Origin: Catajapyx aquilonaris
Taxonomy: Eukaryota
NCBI GenBank assembly: GCA_000934665.2
Contig: KZ537993.1
Location: 1-64,000 of the forward strand
DNA length: 64,000 nucleotides
Reading direction: 5' to 3'
Shown: positions 40,334 to 52,971 of the stretch, in pieces
How the letters are laid out: the number at the start of each line of letters is the position of its first letter
How positions within the stretch are numbered: the stretch's first letter is position 1
Made by a program: the position numbers and the translations under genes
The notes under the pieces: model-generated
The model's input: only the letters and a program-made list of their open reading frames with translations
What the model was told of the DNA's origin: nothing
Databases searched by the model: none

Positions 40334-42697
40334 TTTTAAACAAAAGTTTCCAAAAACAAAAGTATTGCAGTTCCTATCATATTTTATAATAGAAAACAAA
40401 TGCAATTTACTTGTTTCGCTCTGTGCCGCAACTGTGTTTACTGCGCGAGATTTCAATACACCAACTGTTATTCAAACACTTAATTTGCTGCTATGATTTG
40501 GTTGACACAAAAGGATGGTCATGTGCAGACACCAAAAAGGAGCTAACTACATGACAGGAGCCCACTGAGAAGAAACGGTGAAAATAATATGCTCCCACTT
40601 GTCTATAAAAAAGAACCACTTTGTTTTTTTTCCCTATATTGCAAATGCTTCATACGGATATGTCACATGCTCCTCAGCTCAGCCCACATCAGCATATACA
40701 TTACTTCCATTGCCATGCAAAAACTTATTGTCATGAGTTCATAAATAATTTCCACATTTTTTTCAAACAAAATGTTTTTATGCATCAAAATTTACATGTT
40801 TTGGAAGAAATGGGGAATAAATGAGGTAAAGACGGTCGCCCCTACTATTCACCATAATTTACAAGCTATGTACACACCCACTCCTTACATACAATTTGCA
40901 GAAAATGACCCTGGGTTGTTATTGTGTAACATGTCAACTTCAACAGTAGTGGATAACAACACATTCCTGCCAAGCTAATTAGCCATTCTTATTGCACTAC
41001 AATGACAATAGCAATGAAATTTTCCACCTACTCTTACGTTTCAAAAAATGGTGCACACTACATGCTTGGGACTTGTTGCCACAGTAACAGCTTCTGGTGC
41101 CTTTCAAGTATTTTAAATACCTGGCTGCTAACGTGGGGAATCAGATCCACAGATTACAACTGGTTTGGAAATTAAGTCACACTGTTCCTCGCAGCCTTTC
41201 ACATACTTGTTAATTGGCTATCACAGAAAAGCAGTTTATGCCAATTTTTGACTAGACGTTACTTTCTCCTCTCCCTGCCTGGCATATTCCCATTTATTTT
41301 ATCTGTGATGTATTTAAGGCAATTAGAAAAAGTCCATGGTAAAGTACATGAATATAGAATCTTTCCCCTCTCTCCCTGGAAACTGCAATTGCATGCAGCA
41401 CTTCTAATATTCAGCTACATTATTTTCTTATGGATGTGGTAAAACTAAATTGCAGCCAGTTGAAGATGGCAACACTTCCCAAATTGTATCTCTACCATCC
41501 AAAGAGAGATGTAATGATTCAACACATGTTCCCGCACGCATACACAATCTCACAACACGCACTTGCACAATACATATGCACGTAGTTTTTGTTTTGAAAG
41601 ACATACAGCACAATACCAGTGTTCACATCAAGATTATTGGGGAGTTTGGGGTGTCGCGGGTGAGAGGGTGAGGGAGTGGGATAATTCTGCCTTCCATTCA
41701 CTAAGACTACTCTATAAACATTCCCAAGAGGGCAAAAAATTCAGGGAAAAAAATATATGTACTGTATATACCGCTCCATGTGTACATTATATACATAGTA
41801 TACATATAATCACATAAAGGAACCACAGGTTGTTGAGGGAGTGACATTAATTCTGGCCATTGTCCTCGAACAATGTGAGACAGAAGTTTCAGGAGGGGCA
41901 GGGACAAACCACTAAAACTCTCTTCCAATTCAACATATAACCAAGGTAAGAACTTTGAGCCACAATATCAACACATGTCGTATTAACTTGCACAAAATTT
42001 TCACTGGAAGACTACAGGTGTATAAGGAATGCTCAGAAAAGATTAAAATAATAAGCTCAGTGAAAAACAAGTGTCACAGAACTTGTGCAAATCCCTGCAC
42101 ATGTCTTGCACAAAAGAGTCTTATAAATCTATTATGAAGTTGCAAAGGCAAGAGGCAGAGAGATATTCTCCTTGCATGCCCACTCAAGGTGCCGGTATTT
42201 TCCTTTTGTTCAATAACTCTGATTCTGGGAATACTGTTCATTAGCTATTCTAAAAATGTAAAAAAATAAACATCATTAAACAATGGCAAGGAGGCGGAGG
42301 AGGCAGTGTCAGCCTGAACAACACTGACATGGGGAAAGGCCAACACTGACAAAGAAACTTGTAAAAAGATTTCTCACTTTACCCTCCTTTCATGCCACCT
42401 CATCTTATTACTGCACACAAAACAGTGTTTTCATGATTACTTATTATGCTGAATGAGAAATATTTAACAAATAATATTATGCTTTGATATATTAGTTACA
42501 ATAAAATAAATAACGAGGGTGGACTAGATTTTTCAAGAGGGAAAGTGCACGACATATCATTGTCACACAGTCCCAAATCAAGTAACATCCTTAATGAAGG
42601 GCTCCTTAAAAGCATATTTACACCTAGGAGAATTCTGCATATGAATGCATGGATGTTTTCACTGTGCAGAATGCTGAACTGGCTGCTCCAGTGGATC

Positions 42698-42949
42698 CAG
42701 TGGTTCTCAACGTGTGGGTGGGTTGGGGGGGGGATACAAACATTATGTGACTTGAAAAAGGTGCAACAGTTGCACTGATTAGGTAGCACATTCCTACTCA
42801 CTGGACTACTTACTAGTAGTGAAGTAGTACTGTTGTAGTGCTTAGATGGGTGGAGGATTGGGGGNGGGGGAAGGGGGAAGAAGAGAGAGAGAGATATCTG
42901 AAATTACTTTCCAGGGAGGACCCGATGTGGCATAGGTTGAGAACCGTTG
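42698..42949. mobile_element. Old hAT-Charlie (MER5-like) MITE remnant
   Basis: Ends CAGTGGTTCTCAA ... TTGAGAACCGTTG; TSD not conserved. Confidence 0.45.
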
Positions 42950-43529
42950 TCCTAGTCGATCATTTACCATTCCAGCATAACTTCTCAGCAGAATGTCCTA
43001 AGATCAAATATGTAGCAATTTCAACTAAGCCCTGTCATATTTAGTTGGTATCAGGACTGCAAACAGCAATCAGAACTCAGAACTATGTCACAAGAGCCGG
43101 AAAAGCAGCTCCATAAGACTTGCACGTGTATCGGAGATGATGTAGGATACTGCCCAGCATTCTGCTAAGTGTAAACGAGGCTGTGAGCTGTCTATCACCT
43201 TGCCAAAACACACTTTAACAGCAAGCGTGATCACAGGTGATAGTACTAGTCCTTTATCATAGCCTTCTCTCACTATGCTCCCCACATGTGCCAGATATTG
43301 CAATTTATTAGATAAAACTTAGGAAATATAAGAACTAATACTGACACCTCCAGTGGCTGACAGAAAATTTGCTCAATCCTCTAACAAAGTGAGAGAGGTG
43401 AACAACAACAAAATCTCAATCATGTGCTAGGATGTTTGTCAAAACAAAATCCTCCTGTAAAGATGTCTGGGAGAATAATTTTAAAGACTACCAACCAATG
43501 TGTCTGGGATGCCCTTTCAAGATCCCTTC

Positions 43530-43987
43530 TCAGACACTGGTGGTATGGAATGGACCACCTACATCCTTGGCCACAACTCTGGTAACTACCTTGACATCTC
43601 CAAGCCCATCCCGGCTGATATCTTCCAGGGAGTTAGATAGGTCCACTGAGTCGCTGTAGACCGATTCCCCTCCTGTGCTATCTGTGGCGGTAGATGCAGA
43701 TGTGGCAGTGGTGGCTGTAACTACTACACCGCTGCTGTCTTCTGTTCGGCTGCTGTCTGCCTCTCCATTAACCATAGATTTTTCGTCCTTCTTTTTCCTA
43801 GAGTCTACTCCATTGCGGCCCTTGTTTTTCTTGGCAAATCCAGGCAGGGCAGGCAGCTTATTCAGTGCTTTAGACCTCATGGAGGACCCACCAGGCCGGT
43901 TTGAGAGGTCTGGCTCTTCTTCCTTCTCTTCCGATATGGAAGTCAGATTCTTGCCCTCCACATCATTTGTCTGGATTGGGATGTCAT
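43530..43987 (-). CDS. HYCC1: Hyccin, distal last coding exon (isoform A, 493 aa)
   Basis: Acceptor ttcttatgctag|AT GAC ATC CCA, phase 1, completes KKLP-DDIPIQ. Low-complexity tail ends HTTSV-stop. Confidence 0.8.
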
Positions 43988-45242
43988 CTAGCATAAGAAA
44001 AGGCAGTCCAGTTAGTTCAATTTACGCGTAAGTAGTTTGAGGTATGACAATGTGCAGATATGCCAAGTGTCAAGTGATTGGAAACTTGTGCAAATATGTC
44101 CTGTCATTCCAGCAATTATAAGTAAAAGACTATCAAATCTTCGAAAGATTGCATTGCGTTAGTAAACATTGAGCTCTGTGACAATCACCATACTGTTATC
44201 ATGGAAGTCAAAAATGTGCTGTAATAGCATGATTGTGCAGATGACAAATAGCCTTTATCCAGTGAGAAAGTATGTCAATTACTGATGGTTTGGGATGCTA
44301 GGGCCTATAGGGTACATAAAAAATTGCTGTACATAATTGTCACTAGGATAACATTTAAACATCTCTCTGCTTCTGACAATTACAGCTTTAAATAAAAATT
44401 AAGTGTTAACAGATCCATTTGTAGCCCCACCAACTTTTTCGGGCGATAAATTATTTTCAATTATTTTCCCTTAGTTTTGTAGCCAAGGGTTTACAAATCT
44501 GTCATCATTCACATTTTTCTGAACATCTGACACATTCTGCCAGACATAACATGTCACATTCATGGCTTCCAGGGATTTGTTTTGAGAATTTGATGAATGT
44601 GGTACTCTACATGAAGACAGTTGAAAAAAAAAAATGCAAAATTGTGCCACATACAAGATAAACTGCCTTAACTAGATAATTTTTACACACATAGTAGTGA
44701 GTCTTAAAATACATTTTAGAGCAATGCAATGCCTTCCGAGTAATTCTATATCAGACAATTTATTCGTAACTTCATGTAAAATATTGACAGCCATTACATA
44801 TGGCCTTTGAATAGCAGTCACTAATGTATTTAATTTGTTATCAGACATCCTCTTACACTCTGTTGAAAATCCCAAAATACTGATTCCGCATTTTAAGGAA
44901 CCATTAGTAGCTGCTATTGCAGCATAAGAAATATAAAGTACTTGTTTGCAAAAATAGCGGTGATTGCAAATGGTGCAGTACATGCATCATTCCAATGTAC
45001 GACATTCCCAGGCCGCAAACAATAGCAAAGACACCTTCTGTGTAATGTCCTGGAACTGAAACAAACCATTCAAAATACCCAAGCATGCAACCAACTGGAG
45101 AGCAAAACATGGCACACTGAAATCCTCAATACCAATAACCAAACCATGCCTTAAATTGCATTAATAACGTGTACTTACGGTTCCAAAATTTCACCACCAC
45201 CCCTGAATAATCAATGAAACCACTGGTGCAACACTACACTAA

Positions 45243-45763
45243 CTACATGTCATCTTCAGGTTTGGGTTCAGTGCTGCGTCTCCACGGAGACTTAGCCCCT
45301 GCTGTTATCATGCTGAATCTCTTGGCGATCCCAGCTATGTCTGATCCACCACCATGCAGTCGTAAGAAAGGATGTCCTATAGAGGCCCTCCCTTCAGAGG
45401 AATCACTGTCCAAGGTTGGGGTAGACACGTTACGCCTGAACTGGTGCTGCTGTGGTACTGGAGAGGTTGGCTTGGAAAACCAACAGGGTGGTGTGCTCTC
45501 CCGGAAATGACGATTAGAGGGAGACCCTCCTTTGGGACGCAGCTTTGGAGTTGCTGGTTCAGTTGCAGGTAGGGTTGAGTCTGAATCTGTGTCCGAGTCG
45601 CTGGAGGATGATGTTGTAACACTGCCTTCCTCGACATGCCTTCGCCTTCCACGGTCCTGCAGCTGCCTCAGCAGTGACATGGGTGCACGTTTCGAGGGCG
45701 TCGAACTGGGCGACACCACCTCGGAGAGTTCCTGGGTAGGTGACTCCACCAGGGGGATGTCGT
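45243..45763 (-). CDS. HYCC1: Hyccin, alternative proximal last coding exon (isoform B, 514 aa)
   Basis: Acceptor gatcag|AC GAC ATC CCC, phase 1, gives KKLP-DDIPLVESP. 173-codon open S/P/R-rich frame ending in TAG. Confidence 0.65.
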
Positions 45764-46024
45764 CTGATCACCCAATCGAGAGGGAAAGAAGGCCACCACA
45801 TGCACCATGCAGTTTAAATGCTAGGTTAATACACATGCCCCATCCCTGGATCTAAGTGATGCATGCAAAACGCACCAGTTAAGACCCTTAAAATTACCAC
45901 TAAAATCTCTTCCCATAACCTAGTTCAGTGTGCACCGCAAGATGTACAGTACATACGTAGCTATCCTAGGGTCTAACAAAGAAGACAACTACTGGCGAGC
46001 GAAAAGAAAGATGGGTGACCTCAC

Positions 46025-46141
46025 CTGGCAATTTCTTCGTCCGGAAGGATGCATTGGTGATTATACTCTTGGACACTGTTGCTGTAGCAGTGGAAGGGGA
46101 CAATGCCACACTTATGCCCATTGGGCCATCACTGGGCTGGC
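46025..46141 (-). CDS. HYCC1: Hyccin exon 6
   Basis: atgcag|GC CAG...CCA G|gtgagg; QPSDGPMGISVALSP...IITNASFRTKKLP matches the conserved FAM126 motif ITNASFR. Confidence 0.88.
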
Positions 46142-46323
46142 CTGCATATTTAAAAATTTCAATACATTAAATGTATGGAAAAACACAATTCTCTTTCTTT
46201 TGTAACTAGACCATGCCAGGCAGGATGGAAAGCCCTCTCAACCCAAAGTTGGTGTGTGCTACTACAAGAAATTGCAGTCATTGCTGTTAATCCTGTTATA
46301 CAGTAATTATTGTGTGTTATCAC

Positions 46324-46967
46324 TAGAGAACGGATTTCTAGGTTCTAAAAAACCCTCAAATAGGTAGGTATTTAGGCCCTGAAAACAGTCAAAATAGGCT
46401 CTTAAATAGGCACTATAAATCAGGCTGGTTCTAATTTATTTTAATTTCTACACAATGGAATTTTGCAGCACAGTAACAAACTAGCAGTTATTCCATATTT
46501 TCGGTGGTTAATCGCAGCTTTTCGGCGACAGTTAAGATCCTCCCTCACGGGGAGCCAATAGGGCTGCAATAGGGTCGATAGAAAAGCCGTCGGGCCGAAT
46601 GTAGCAGCTTATTTAACGGCTATTAATAACAGTTATTTTGAGTCGCAATAACTGTTAACGGCATATTTCCCGGGATCTTACCCATCAACCGCTTTTTCTC
46701 TCGTCACAGGTTGAAGTGGGAGGGATTCCTTGAATGGAAAACCTGCAGAACTCTCGAAAATCTTACCGAATGGCGTGAAAAAGGTCGAAATAGGCGCTAA
46801 TAGGTGCTAATAGGCCATTTAGGTCCCAACACCCGAAATAGGCATTTTTACGTTCTATAAAACTACGATTTTTGAGGTCCTTGTGTTATGAAACGGATAG
46901 ATATTTTGGTTCCCGTGTTCTGCCTACAAAAGAAAAAGTAGGTAAAAACCTAGAAATCCGTTCTCTA
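46324..46967. mobile_element. hAT-superfamily MITE (644 bp)
   Basis: Perfect 8-bp TSD GTTATCAC (46316-46323, 46968-46975), 21-bp TIR TAGAGAACGGATTTCTAGGTT, many internal AATAGG repeats. Confidence 0.9.
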
Positions 46968-47025
46968 GTTATCACCATCTTTGGGCAAAAGGGTTTATTC
47001 AAAATCCCATGCCCTTTTCCTTGTA

Positions 47026-47785
47026 CAGTGCTGGACACAATAGCATATAACAAGTGTAAACAACGACTTTGGCGTTACCTGGCAACTGGTCGTGTTCGGA
47101 CATCGTCATGTGGAGAGTGCTTAGCGTTCTTTCTGTCGTTGCCACTGTTTACAGGTAGCGATTGATGCTGGGACGAAGGGTGTGTGCATGCTTACCAATG
47201 CATGGCATCGGAATAAGCGGGCTGAGGGGGATATTATTTTGAGAAGGCGATTCGTTATTATCACACTATCGTCACTGTCTTATTCCCACGATGATGGAGT
47301 TACGGAATGGACTCTGACAGTAATTCAGAACGAAAATGTGCCTCTTACCCAACCAACCCACCCTCTTTCACACACTCTCACCCACCCACTACTCCCCTTT
47401 CATCCGTTACACTGGACTTGATTGGGAGTGGATGACATTCAATGTGGACCTTACATTAAATTGGCAGACAAGAGCATGTACCGGACTCCTTCCCGATCAT
47501 TCAGTAACTCCATGCATCCTGACTAATACTGGAAAGTGACAACAGTGTGATAATAACGAATCGCCTTCTCAAAATAATATCCCCCTCAGCCCGCTTATTC
47601 CGATGCCATGCATTGGTAAGCATGCACACACCCTTCGTCCCAGCATCAATCGCTACCTGTAAACAGTGGCAACGACAGAAAGAACGCTAAGCACTCTCCA
47701 CATGACGATGTCCGAACACGACCAGTTGCCAGGTAACGCCAAAGTCGTTGTTTACACTTGTTATATGCTATTGTGTCCAGCACTG
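47026..47785. mobile_element. Tc1/mariner-type MITE (760 bp) with 242-bp perfect TIRs
   Basis: TA flanks; TIR starts CAGTGCTGG as in Tc1; 47026-47267 is the exact reverse complement of 47544-47785. Confidence 0.9.
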
Positions 47786-47841
47786 TACAGTAAGTACCCT
47801 GCCTGGAGAATATGAAGCCAAAAGACCTTCTCCCTTTGTAC

Positions 47842-47972
47842 CTGAAGGGTTGACGTTGAGAGAATTTTTGATGGCCCCTGTCACCAGTAGTACATCTGGA
47901 TAAAGTTCATGAGCTGCCCTGTGATAGATGTCCTCCAGGGCCTGGGTGCCAATATATGCAAAGTCGTTGAAC
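47842..47972 (-). CDS. HYCC1: Hyccin exon 5
   Basis: ttctctag|G TTC...TCA G|gtacaa; ALEDIYHRAAHELYPDVLLVTGAIKNSL resembles FAM126 [28 protein letters not shown]. Confidence 0.9.
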
Positions 47973-48873
47973 CTAGAGAAGTGACAGTAGAAGGTTGGGG
48001 TCAGAGATGAGAGAAGGTGGGGAGTATGGGTTAAGGAACGGGGGTACGTTCTGCCAAGGGAAACATTTTGTTTGTTCATTGGTTTGAAAAAAATAAAAGT
48101 AATAAATATTTCAACCCACACAGGAAAGAGAAAGGGAATGATTGGAAAACGACATTGGAATCGAGACATTTAGGACGCAGGAAGAGAGGACAGAGAAGAA
48201 GAAAATGTGAAACAATAAACACAATCATTAATAAGTCAACATAAAGGTATTTGTTATCATTCCAAGCAAAAACAACAACAAAACTTTTCTGTCACAACAA
48301 GAGAGGATGCATGACTATTCCGCTTGAAATATGCAATCACAATGCAAGTAAATGCACACACAGCCATAGCCAAAGTTGAACAGGAAAAATTCAAATAAGA
48401 ATTAAGATCTGTTAACAAACAACACCAATGAAAGAAAACATGCATAAATTCAATAATAATCAGTTAAATAATTTGACTGTTAACACATCTATAATGAGCA
48501 GAACAGCAGAGAGAGAGAGAGAAATAGAGTGAACAACAGATGAACACCATGCATCTTTAACAACCACACGTTTACCCAAGGGGGTACAGAGTTCTGAGAA
48601 AAGTAATAACTACAGAGAATCCTTACACTGTAAGTAAGTTGTATCTAAAAAAACAAACAAATGGATCATCATTGGGAGGTTGAGAGGAAGAAAGTTCGAA
48701 AGAGAAATTTTGTGCATTTTTAAAATTGTCATTAATAAATATCTATAATTAGTATTATTGTTTTTAAACACTACATATCCGTAAGTAACTTTGACAATGC
48801 CAACAGGGTCATATCACTTCAATTTATTTAAGCATCCTGATCATTTATATAGTTCTCACATCTAAATGTACTA

Positions 48874-49656
48874 CGAGGGGGGTTCAATTATGAATGATAA
48901 TTTGAGCTGTGCACGCAAATGAGGAGGGGTGACAGAAAGCCAACACTGCCACGTGATTCCATAGTTCATGTTCTCTCCACCACAGCATTGTTACCTGCCA
49001 ACACGTACTGGTGCTTCAGTGACAGCCATGAGTGAAGCAAAGGTGCACGAAAGTGTGGAACAGCAGATTGTGATAAAATTTCTGACCAAGGAGGATGTCA
49101 AACCAGTGGAAATTTGCAGATGACTAATGGCACAGTATGGTGAAGCCACACTGTTGGACTTAACCGTGTACAGGTGGAGCAAGGCTTTCAAGGAAGGCCG
49201 ACAGCACTTCGAGAATGAACCACATGACCAACACATTACTGTGCGGGACATAGCCTCAACATTGATGAAAGTCTCCACACTTCCAATGCTGATCTGCAAT
49301 GATGAGGCTATGTCCCGCACAGTACTGCATTGTTCTTCTTGAATAAGGGCATCAACTTGGTTTGCATTCACCTCCGTTGTGATGTCCGTGGGCGCCAGTC
49401 ATATGGTTCATTCTCGACGCGCTGTCAGCCTTCCTTGACACCCTCCTTTTATCAGTAAAGAATACGCTGTTCGACACATTCGTGCACCTTCACTTCGCTC
49501 ATGGCTGTCACTGAAGCACCAGTACGTATTGGGAGGTAACAATGCTACGGTGGAGAGAACATGAACTATGGAATCACGTGGCAGTGTTGGCTTTCTCTCA
49601 TCCCTCCTCATTTGCACACACAATTCAAATTATCATTCATATTTGAATGCCCCTCG
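48874..49656. mobile_element. Mariner-derived foldback MITE built from two inverted 5' halves; transposase pseudogene fragments
   Basis: TA|CGAGGGG...CCCCTCG|TA. Left arm from 49028 encodes MSEAKVHESVEQQIVIKFLTKEDVKPVEICR*LMAQYGE...VYRWSKAFKEGR (mariner HTH). Right arm encodes the same N-terminus on the minus strand, plus VDALIQEEQCSTVRDIASSLQISIGSV. Confidence 0.85.
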
Positions 49657-49893
49657 TATAAAAAGCAATTCAAAGATCTGGACTACTCCTGGAACACATG
49701 ACAAGCTAATAGGGATGCAACCCTAGGTATGGCAAGCACCTGCTTGTGAGAAATTTTTGTACACCGCCAGGTATTACTGAAAGCAATGTAATTCAACCAT
49801 TCCGAACATCCATGAGGATGATCAAATGGCATCCCACTCACAATATATTTCAGCTACATAATGGCACCATATTACAATGGAGTAAAAACTTAC

Positions 49894-50129
49894 ATGGCAA
49901 AGTAGACAGCATGTAACATCTGTAGCAAGAAACCAGCCGTGACAGGTATCCTAGGCAGAAGCCTGGGAACAAATGTCGAGTCAGAGCCATAGCTAGATCT
50001 CTTTTGGTGGCCTGTCTTCCCAAACCCTTGGGTCACCAGCTTGGAGGCAACCTTGCACAACTGCTGCAGTGCATGCTTTGGAAGCATACTCAAGTGACGG
50101 TTGTACACAAATAGAAGTGCCGTCACCAC
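49894..50129 (-). CDS. HYCC1: Hyccin exon 4
   Basis: tttttcag|GTG...GCC AT|gtaagt; VVTALLFVYN...RIPVTAGFLLQMLHAVYFA. Confidence 0.9.
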
Positions 50130-50288
50130 CTGAAAAAAAAGTATCTCCTGAAAACCCTTTGCACTTGTGTTTCCAAAGTACTGCACCATAAACACTACCG
50201 TGCATGTGAAGATGATACTGTAATCGTTCACGTTCTCTAAAGATTATTTATTTATTTATTTCATATTTGAGGTATTTAAAAATATCAC

Positions 50289-50543
50289 CTGCAGCCTATT
50301 CTGGGCATTCAGCAATTCAGCCTGAGGCAGGGGTCCCCATCGCACCAGGTTGGTGTTGCATTCCTCCAGGCGCTTGAGGGCTGATTCAGTGAGGGAGGCC
50401 GGGGCCAGGCTCATTGGGTCATGGTAGATGGATGACTGTGCCAGTGACGGGAAGCGGTAAGTCAGCACCTTGGGCTGTCCTGACTCCTCCACCACCTCCA
50501 AGTTGTACATGCCTATGAGGAGGGTCTCCACGCTGCGACAGCT
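50289..50543 (-). CDS. HYCC1: Hyccin exon 3
   Basis: cttcag|AGC...CAG|gtgata; ETLLIGMYNLEVV, PSLAQSSIYHDP, LTESAL and LNAQNR are hallmark FAM126 motifs. Confidence 0.92.
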
Positions 50544-52589
50544 CTGAAGTGAGTAATACTCATCAGTCAGCCTGCTGTTAAGACATTCATCCAAAACAAA
50601 ACTGGCGATTACTTTTTCTTATCACACAATTTTGATTCTCACTTGTCAAAAATTTTCAAGTCAAAGAATATACACAAATTTTACTTTAAAGCTCTACATA
50701 CATAAATTAATTCAGCATTGTCTCATTATTGCTGTTAACATACTTTGCACATCATATCCTTGCATCTGATGCAGTATTGCCACTTCTGCTGGTGTGCAAC
50801 CAAAAATTTAAACACTCACATACTTTTTTTAAAAGGTTGGCCATTATTATGAATGTAGTTATTGTAATACAAATCATTCTTTCAGTCTTCATGCAATGAT
50901 TTTGAATACATGTCATAACTGCATTTGTATGTGTATGATGTTGACTCCACAGCCCACATCAAAGCAGAAGCCAGAGGTGATGAGAAGGAAATTTGATTGC
51001 CACTGGGAGAAAGCCATGTAGCCATGTAATTCAATGCACCATCCCACACATAAGAAAATACCAATCACAAAACTCAATCACATATATATTTAAGTGCACA
51101 TCTGTGATCAATGTTTAGCACAAGGCCAGTCGTAGTCACAATCTCATAGCAAATCCAAGTCTGAGTGAAAAGCTAATGCTCATATATGTGCAACAGATAC
51201 CTGGAAACTGTCCAATAGAAGTTTTTAGTGATCCTCAACAAGACGTGGTTTGCATGTATGGCTTTAACAAAGCAAAGCAACTTCCTGAACATGAGAGAAT
51301 TATAAAATATGTTATGTAAGGATGAAAACCCTCTGTAGTTGTAGGTCCTCATAAGAAACATGACATTGCTGTATCTCCACATTATGGGCGAAAGCACTCT
51401 GAGCACTGATTCTGTAAAAATGGCCTTCACTTTATTTCCAGTCCTGTTGTAATGCTTGGCAAAAAGCGTGGAATCATTACTTTACATATGCAAGTACCCT
51501 TGGATGGGCAATATCCCCTCCACTACATTGGATAGTCACATTTAGCAATATCTCCTTCCCTTGAGCAAAGCTCAAAACGAATATTGAAGACACCAAGGCG
51601 ATAATATCACAGCCTGCAGGAGTGGCATAGTATGCACTCTGTGAAGCTGCTCCTATGGCATTATGGTCAAAAACACTAGATGTACTACCCTAGTTGAGCC
51701 ACCTATTTGGTCAATGCATGTATCTGCAGTACAATCTTATGCCCAGCAAAAATTTAGGGCACATTTGAAATACATATATACCACATGTTGGTTAGTCATT
51801 GGTTGCCTTTAGCTGACCTTGACAAAGCATTTCAGACATCGTGGTTTTGCATCCTGACTTCCTGTTGTTGAAATAACCCACAATTTCACATGAACATATG
51901 TCATGCTCTGAACTCATGCACTGTATAAATCCATGTGACACTTTTTATAATTGTCTCATTTACTGTCGTACTGTACACTGCAATAAAATATGTGGCAGGT
52001 CAACAAGCGCTAATCAAAACAATTAACACTATTTACATTTGTTATCTGCAACGAGAATTTATGCAGGTAGACCAGCTTTCACTAGATATAAAAAGCTACT
52101 TCACTCACTTTGTTGGACTGTTAAAATAAACTGCATTTCAGTAATGCAATGGAGTTATACAATTACAGCCGGTGATCAATTGCAACACAGGTCACAGATT
52201 GTCAAGAAAATTTCCTGAGCAGAGAGTTTGCTGGAGAACGGAAAGATACATCATCTATATGCAAACCTTTAAAAATATTAAATATTAAAGCAGCAGCAAA
52301 AATACCTAGGGTATTCCCACTTGTCAGTGTCATGCAATCACTGCCTACCATGGCATTTATTAAAGTAATTACTATTTTGTTGACGTTTCCTCCTTGAGAC
52401 CTTGTACAAAAAGTATTTAAGGAAAACCTGCTTGTCAAATATCCACAAAAGGTAGGCCTGCAATGCAGTACAGAACATCCATTATAAAACATTACATATG
52501 TAAGCATAAAAATAACATCCAGACCACAATACAATTTTGCATTTCGCACCAGAACTAGTCACTATAGATCAGAAGAACCTGTCTCTGAC

Positions 52590-52724
52590 CTTTTTATCAC
52601 CATGAGCAACGGCATTCAGGTAGACGTAGATGAGAGTGGGGACAAACTGCATGGCAAAGTGCTTGAGCTGCGTCTCATGAGAGCGGTAGTACCCGAACAG
52701 CTGATCACACACAGGGTCCACCAA
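52590..52724 (-). CDS. HYCC1: Hyccin exon 2 (not in ORF track)
   Basis: cttatgcag|TTG...AAG|gtcaga; LVDPVCDQLFGYYRSHETQLKHFAMQFVPTLIYVYL resembles LLEPVCHQLFEFYRS. Confidence 0.9.
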
Positions 52725-52971
52725 CTGCATAAGAAAAATTCATGTTTTACTCTTGCCACTGGAGACTCCCTCAGTAGTACAGTAAAAGCTGCATGTAGCA
52801 GAATCACTCTGTTCTGGAAAATCTCCTGCAGTAAGCAAATTTCCAGGGTCCGCTATAGACGGTTTTCACAGTACTTGAACTTTGGTCATGCAGTGATTGC
52901 AGTGTCAATCTACATGTGAAATGTTCACAACCTTAGTTGCCTCACCTCCATATTTGGTGCACAGTTATGTC

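Noticed and set aside
42860..42900. G-rich tract with an ambiguous base N and an (AG) run
   Set aside because: Low-complexity sequence with assembly uncertainty; no feature supported.
47768..48169. Full 133-aa ORF as a protein
   Set aside because: Only 47842-47972 is hyccin exon; the flanks are intron and MITE sequence.
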